From a virus (taxonomy: Duplodnaviria > Heunggongvirae > Uroviricota > Caudoviricetes), in the IMG/VR virus record IMGVR_UViG_2698536677_000015: 10,651 nucleotides of DNA. One strand, written 5' to 3'. The translations under genes were made by a program, and so were the position numbers. Below, one piece after another: positions 7,322 to 10,651 of the stretch (position 1 is its first letter; each line of letters starts with the position of its first letter). The notes under the pieces are model-generated. The model worked only from the letters and a program-made list of their open reading frames with translations. It searched no databases and was not told the DNA's origin.

Positions 7322-7899
7322 ACACGGCAGCGGAAGCCATCCGTGCCCTGTCGCTGCAGGTGCCGGGATTCCGCCGCCAGATGAACGAAGGCTGGTACCA
7401 GATACGTATTGCTGGTGAGGACACGGCACCGGAGGCGGTGTATGCCCGCCTTCACGAACAACTGGGTGAGGGGGCGGTCATCCATATTGTGCCGCGACTG
7501 GCCGGTGCAGGGAAAGGCGGACTGCAGATTGTGCTGGGGGCGGCAGCCATCGTGGGCTCTTTCTTCACGGCCGGAGCATCGATGGCAGCCTGGGGGGCAG
7601 CGCTGAGTGCCGGCGGTTTTTCTGCCACCACGATGCTGTTTTCACTGGGTGCCAGCATGATACTGGGTGGTGTGGCACAGATGCTGGCCCCGAAGCCAAA
7701 AACACCGGAATACAGGGCAACGGATAACGGTAAACAGAACACGTACTTTTCGTCGCTGGATAACATGATTGCCCAGGGGAACCCGATGCCGGTGCCTTAC
7801 GGTGAAATGCTGGTTGGCTCCCGGCGAATCTCCCAGGACATCAGCACCCGTGATGAAGGCGGGGGCGGAACGGTCGTGGTTATCGGGCGACAGGGATAA
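7219..7899 (+). CDS. I: Tail assembly protein I, copy 4 (identical in protein sequence to copy 2)
   Basis: 226-aa ORF with the same translation as 4635..5315. It starts inside the K-derived part of the fusion ORF in the usual K/I overlap arrangement. Confidence 0.8.
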   Translation: MATTNAFCLASPPLARICLHGDLQRFGRRLSLYVNTAAEAIRALSLQVPGFRRQMNEGWYQIRIAGEDTAPEAVYARLHEQLGEGAVIHIVPRLAGAGKGGLQIVLGAAAIVGSFFTAGASMAAWGAALSAGGFSATTMLFSLGASMILGGVAQMLAPKPKTPEYRATDNGKQNTYFSSLDNMIAQGNPMPVPYGEMLVGSRRISQDISTRDEGGGGTVVVIGRQG

Positions 7900-7904
7900 A
7901 ACAT

Positions 7905-7938
7905 AAAAAAATCCCGCAGTGATCGCGGAGCTGCGGGG
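7905..7938 (-). terminator. Second copy of the candidate minus-strand hairpin/T-tract terminator
   Basis: Same sequence as 5321..5354, at an offset of 2584 bp. Confidence 0.4.
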
Positions 7939-8103
7939 ACAGACAAATGAAGATCAATGTTAAGGAGTTGTTTTTGTTACTCGGGCAAAAAAACACTAAC
8001 GCAGCGAAATTATAAGCGCCACAGTCAGTGTGTGAAAATGTGAAGATATTCAGAATTTTTATGCCATTACCGGTTTTAACCAACAGGATTATCGGTGGGC
8101 ATG

Positions 8104-8144
8104 AAAGAAAACCCCGGTATCTGCTGATACCGGGGGTTCTCTTT
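8104..8144. terminator. Perfect 10-bp inverted repeat hairpin with T/A-rich flanks; candidate bidirectional terminator
   Basis: CCCCGGTATC-TGCT-GATACCGGGG at 8112..8135, followed by GTTCTCTTT on the plus strand and preceded by AAAGAAAA (a T-rich run on the minus strand). Confidence 0.45.
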
Positions 8145-8241
8145 AGCATGGCAGAAATGTGTTTCATGCTTTTCGGGCGAAGGATATCCGACTTCTGTAC
8201 GGAATGGCAAGTGGCGGTTAATTTATTCAGGGGAAGGCTGT

Positions 8242-8263
8242 ATGGGAAAAGGTGGCGGTAAGA
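8242..8263 (+). other. 22-bp remnant of a J-gene start (ATGGGAAAAGGTGGCGGTAAGA, encoding MGKGGGK) with its own upstream purine-rich RBS-like sequence
   Basis: Closely matches the true J start at 10317 (ATGGGCAAAGGTGGCGGC..., MGKGGGR). It is preceded by AGGGGAAGG and joined at 8263/8264 to internal K sequence. The ATG is out of frame with the K fragment and would give only about 49 codons. Confidence 0.5.
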
Positions 8264-8887
8264 GCAGAGCCGGAGGCGTATTTTCGTATCGCACCGGAAG
8301 ACTGGCTGCGGGCAGAGATGCAGGGGGAGATTGTGGCACTGGTCCACAGTCATCCCGGTGGGCTGCCCTGGCTGAGCGAGGCTGACCGGCGGCTGCAGAT
8401 AAAAAGCGCACTGCCCTGGTGGCTGGTCTGCCGGGGTGACATTCACAAATTCCGCTGTGTGCCACATCTGACAGGACGGCGCTTTGAGCACGGGGTGACG
8501 GACTGTTACACGCTGTTCCGGGATGCCTACCATCTGGCGGGAATTGATATGCCGGATTTTGAGCGTGAGGATGACTGGTGGCGTAACGGTCAGAACCTTT
8601 ACCTGGACAATATGGCGGTCACCGGCTTTTACCGGGTGCCCCTGTCCTCTGCACAGGCGGGCGATATCCTGCTGTGCTGCTTTGGCGCATCGGTGGCCAA
8701 TCATGCCGCCATATACTGCGGCAACGGTGAGCTGCTTCACCATCTGCCTGAACAACTGAGTAAACGGGAGAGGTATTCCGAAAAATGGCAACGACGAACG
8801 CATTCAGCCTGGCGTCACCGCCACTGGCACGCATCTGCCTTCACGGGGATTTGCAACGATTTGGCCGCCGCCTCAGCCTGTATGTGA
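8264..8887 (+). pseudogene. 5'-truncated K gene (codons 1-40 missing), copy-1 allele
   Basis: From 8264 the sequence aligns with K copy 1 from nt 121 onward, and the translation from AEPEAYFRIAPEDWL... is identical to copy 1. The region containing the conserved ESCGF glutamate is absent. An in-frame GTG at 8252 could initiate a 211-aa truncated product (track ORF 8252..8887). Confidence 0.7.
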
Positions 8888-9465
8888 ACACGGCAGCGGA
8901 AGCCATTCGCGCCCTGTCGATGCAGATGCCGGGCTTTCGCCGTCAGATGAACGAAGGCTGGTACCAGATACGTATTCGCGGTGAGGACACGGCACCGGAG
9001 GCGGTGTACGCCCGTCTTCACGAACAGCTGGGTGAGGGGGCGGTCATCCATATTGTGCCGCGACTGGCCGGGGCCGGAAAGGGTGGACTGCAGATTGTGC
9101 TGGGGGCGGCAGCCATCGTGGGCTCTTTCTTCACTGCCGGGGCATCAATGGCGTTATGGGGTTCAGCCCTGGCAGCCGGTGGTTTTTCTGCCACCACGAT
9201 GCTGTTTTCTCTGGGGGCCAGCATGATTCTGGGTGGTGTGGCTCAGATGCTGGCCCCGAAGGCTAAAGTACCGGAGTACAAAAGCACGGATAACGGCAGA
9301 CAGAACACGTATTTTTCGTCACTGGACAACATGATTGCCCAGGGTAACCCGATGCCGGTGCCTTACGGGGAAATGCTGGTTGGCTCCCGCCGTATATCCC
9401 AGGACATCAGTACCCGTGATGAAGGCGGGGGCGGAAAGGTCGTGGTTATCGGGCGGCAGGCATAA
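8785..9465 (+). CDS. I: Tail assembly protein I, copy 5 (allele C)
   Basis: 226-aa ORF. Mostly like copy 1, but with APKAKVPEYKST in place of APKPKTPEYRAT and GGGGKVVVIGRQA at the C-terminus. The same KAKVPEYKST variant is found in the I part of the fusion ORF. Confidence 0.8.
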   Translation: MATTNAFSLASPPLARICLHGDLQRFGRRLSLYVNTAAEAIRALSMQMPGFRRQMNEGWYQIRIRGEDTAPEAVYARLHEQLGEGAVIHIVPRLAGAGKGGLQIVLGAAAIVGSFFTAGASMALWGSALAAGGFSATTMLFSLGASMILGGVAQMLAPKAKVPEYKSTDNGRQNTYFSSLDNMIAQGNPMPVPYGEMLVGSRRISQDISTRDEGGGGKVVVIGRQA

Positions 9466-9470
9466 AAGCG

Positions 9471-9507
9471 AAAAAATCCCGCAGTGCTCACGGACAGGAA
9501 CTGCGGG
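9471..9507 (-). terminator. Candidate minus-strand hairpin/T-tract terminator downstream of I copy 5
   Basis: AAAAAA-CCCGCAG-(16-nt loop)-CTGCGGG on the plus strand. The stem arms are the same as in the 5321 and 7905 copies but the loop differs, and the loop is long, so this is a weak call. Confidence 0.3.
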
Positions 9508-9620
9508 AGCGTTACGAAGATTGAGTGTAAGGAATTATTCTTATGTCACGACAAAAACATTAACTCAGAGAGGGAGGATGTGCCGTTCTTTTCAGGGAGA
9601 AAGGATTTATCGTCCTGAGG

Positions 9621-9649
9621 AATAAAGGTAAGGGGCCCGCCCCTTACCT
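9621..9649 (-). terminator. Candidate intrinsic terminator of sodC
   Basis: Perfect 10-bp stem AGGTAAGGGG / CCCCTTACCT with a 4-nt loop at 9626..9649, six nt beyond the sodC stop, followed on the minus strand by TTTATT. No T-tract follows on the plus strand, so it is probably unidirectional. Confidence 0.5.
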
Positions 9650-9655
9650 GACTGA

Positions 9656-10183
9656 TTATTGAATGATGCCGCAGGCCATTCTCGCACCACCACCGCCCAG
9701 GGGCTCCGGATGGTCATGATGGTTATCACCGCCAGCATGAAGCATGAGAGAACGCCCTTTAATCTCTTTTAATGAGTTCAGTCTCGGGGCCAGGACCGGG
9801 TAGTTCGCTTTTCCGTCATGCGTCACGAACAGCGCAGGGAGGTCGCCCAGGTGTCCATCCGGAGACCAGGGGCCAAGATGTTTGCCGGTGTTTTTCGGGT
9901 CAAAGTGACCGCCAGCCGATAATGCTGCGACCGGTTTTCCGTCTTTCAGTGCCGGGGCGCAATTTCCTTTTTCGTGCACATGAAAACCATGAATGCCTTC
10001 AGACAGAGAGTGAAGGGCTGGTGTGAACAGCAGACCGTAGGGGGTCTCCTGAATGGTTATTTTTCCAATGCTGACTTCTTTTCCGTCAGCACTGACAAGG
10101 TTCATTGGGACTTCCTGTTCTGCTGCGTATCCGCATGATGCTGCTGTCAGCATGGCAATGGCAGCAATGATTTTACATTTCAT
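9656..10183 (-). CDS. sodC: Periplasmic Cu/Zn superoxide dismutase (SodC family), a prophage cargo (moron) gene
   Basis: 175-aa product with an N-terminal signal peptide ([20 protein letters not shown]). Hallmark Cu/Zn-SOD motifs are present: [70 protein letters not shown] sits 5-6 nt upstream of the ATG at 10183..10181. The track ORF 9656..10642 is the same frame extended upstream antisense to J. Confidence 0.85.
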   Translation of the reverse strand: MKCKIIAAIAMLTAASCGYAAEQEVPMNLVSADGKEVSIGKITIQETPYGLLFTPALHSLSEGIHGFHVHEKGNCAPALKDGKPVAALSAGGHFDPKNTGKHLGPWSPDGHLGDLPALFVTHDGKANYPVLAPRLNSLKEIKGRSLMLHAGGDNHHDHPEPLGGGGARMACGIIQ

Positions 10184-10316
10184 AAAACCCTCATTAATTC
10201 CGTTAACAGACTGAGCTTGCTGGTTACAGGGTAACAAACAGCGTTCTGATGATATCGCGCAATAGCTGTGCAATATCCTATCACTGCGATTAATAATACC
10301 AATTGAGAGGAACATT
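10184..10316. promoter_or_regulatory. Divergent intergenic region between sodC (leftward) and J (rightward); presumed site of the sodC promoter and the J ribosome-binding site
   Basis: 133 bp of AT-rich noncoding sequence between two divergently oriented start codons. GAGAGGA lies 7 nt upstream of the J ATG. No -35/-10 pair could be assigned with confidence by eye. Confidence 0.3.
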
Positions 10317-10651
10317 ATGGGCAAAGGTGGCGGCAGGGCGCACACGCCTCGAGAGGCGAAGGATAATCTCAAATCCACGCAGATGATGAGTGTGATTGAT
10401 GCGATTGGTGAGGGACCGATAGAAGGCCCGGTGAAGGGGCTGCAGAGTATCCTGGTGAACAAAACCCCGCTGACGGACACGGACGGCAATCCTGTGATAC
10501 ACGGTGTGACCGCGGTCTGGCGCGCCGGGGAGCAGGAGCAGACACCACCGGAAGGCTTTGAGTCCTCCGGAGCTGAAACCGGACTGGGCGTGGAAGTGAC
10601 GAAGGCAAAGCCGGTAACGCGCACCATTACATCCGCGAACATTGACCGCCT
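10317..10651 (+). CDS. J: Tail tip / host-specificity protein J, N-terminal 111 codons (continues beyond the window)
   Basis: Open frame from ATG 10317 to the window end ([39 protein letters not shown]...[17 protein letters not shown]...[12 protein letters not shown]). This is a very close match to the lambda gpJ N-terminus. It is absent from the ORF track because no stop is reached. Confidence 0.85.
   Translation, partial: MGKGGGRAHTPREAKDNLKSTQMMSVIDAIGEGPIEGPVKGLQSILVNKTPLTDTDGNPVIHGVTAVWRAGEQEQTPPEGFESSGAETGLGVEVTKAKPVTRTITSANIDR

Larger units (their letters stand above)
2203..9465 (+). repeat. Head-to-tail array of five K-I derived units of about 1.2-1.8 kb (unit starts at about 2203, 3774, 5539, 6881 and 8264)
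   Basis: K starts recur at 2430, 3994 and 5679, and I starts at 3071, 4635, 6320, 7219 and 8785. Units 1 and 2 are offset by exactly 1564 bp through K and I. Copies are about 95% identical with allele-specific substitutions, and each unit boundary is a distinct non-homologous junction. Confidence 0.85.

Noticed and set aside
8028-8261. 77-aa plus-strand ORF spanning the spacer palindrome and ending at the J-start remnant (same 5' sequence as the start of ORF 5444..5983)
   Set aside because: GTG start with no clear RBS, reads through a perfect 10-bp hairpin, and its 3' end is created by the rearrangement junction. The composition is not protein-like.
2203-9465. Diversity-generating retroelement or CRISPR array as the explanation for the repeats
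   Set aside because: No reverse transcriptase or cas gene is present. The repeats are 1.2-1.8 kb coding units, not short repeats with unique spacers. Differences between copies are of all substitution types rather than adenine-specific.
9335-9625. 96-aa plus-strand ORF overlapping the 3' end of I copy 5 and the I-sodC intergenic region
   Set aside because: It overlaps a well-supported I gene out of frame and runs across two terminator-like hairpins. No RBS or motif supports it.
9656-10642. 328-aa minus-strand ORF as the full sodC gene
   Set aside because: The N-terminal 153 codons are antisense to the J start and the intergenic region. The SOD homology, signal peptide and RBS all begin at the internal ATG at 10183..10181, so sodC is called as 9656..10183.

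Overview
This window is the tail-tip assembly module of a lambda-like (lambdoid) prophage from an enterobacterial host, recognised by colinearity and strong protein similarity to phage lambda H-M-L-K-I-J. It runs: tape measure protein C-terminus (2..1387), gpM (1380..1721), gpL (1721..2419), then a rearranged, reiterated region (about 2200..9465), then a Cu/Zn superoxide dismutase (sodC) cargo gene on the opposite strand (9656..10183), then the start of the J tip/host-specificity gene (10317 to window end). Instead of one K-I pair there are five head-to-tail K-I derived units: three full-length K genes, five I reading frames (one is an in-frame I-K fusion), one 5'-truncated K, two gpL 3' fragments and a 22-bp J-start remnant. 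The units are joined by four different non-homologous junctions, two of them placed immediately after the 5' arm of a hairpin. Copies are about 95% identical rather than identical, and one K copy is a mosaic, so several alleles are represented. This is either a real amplified/recombined tail-assembly locus or a chimeric assembly of paralogous prophage tails; the sequence alone cannot decide. No tRNA, rRNA, CRISPR, integrase or transposase was seen. All calls rest on reading the supplied ORF translations and sequence by eye, with no database search.
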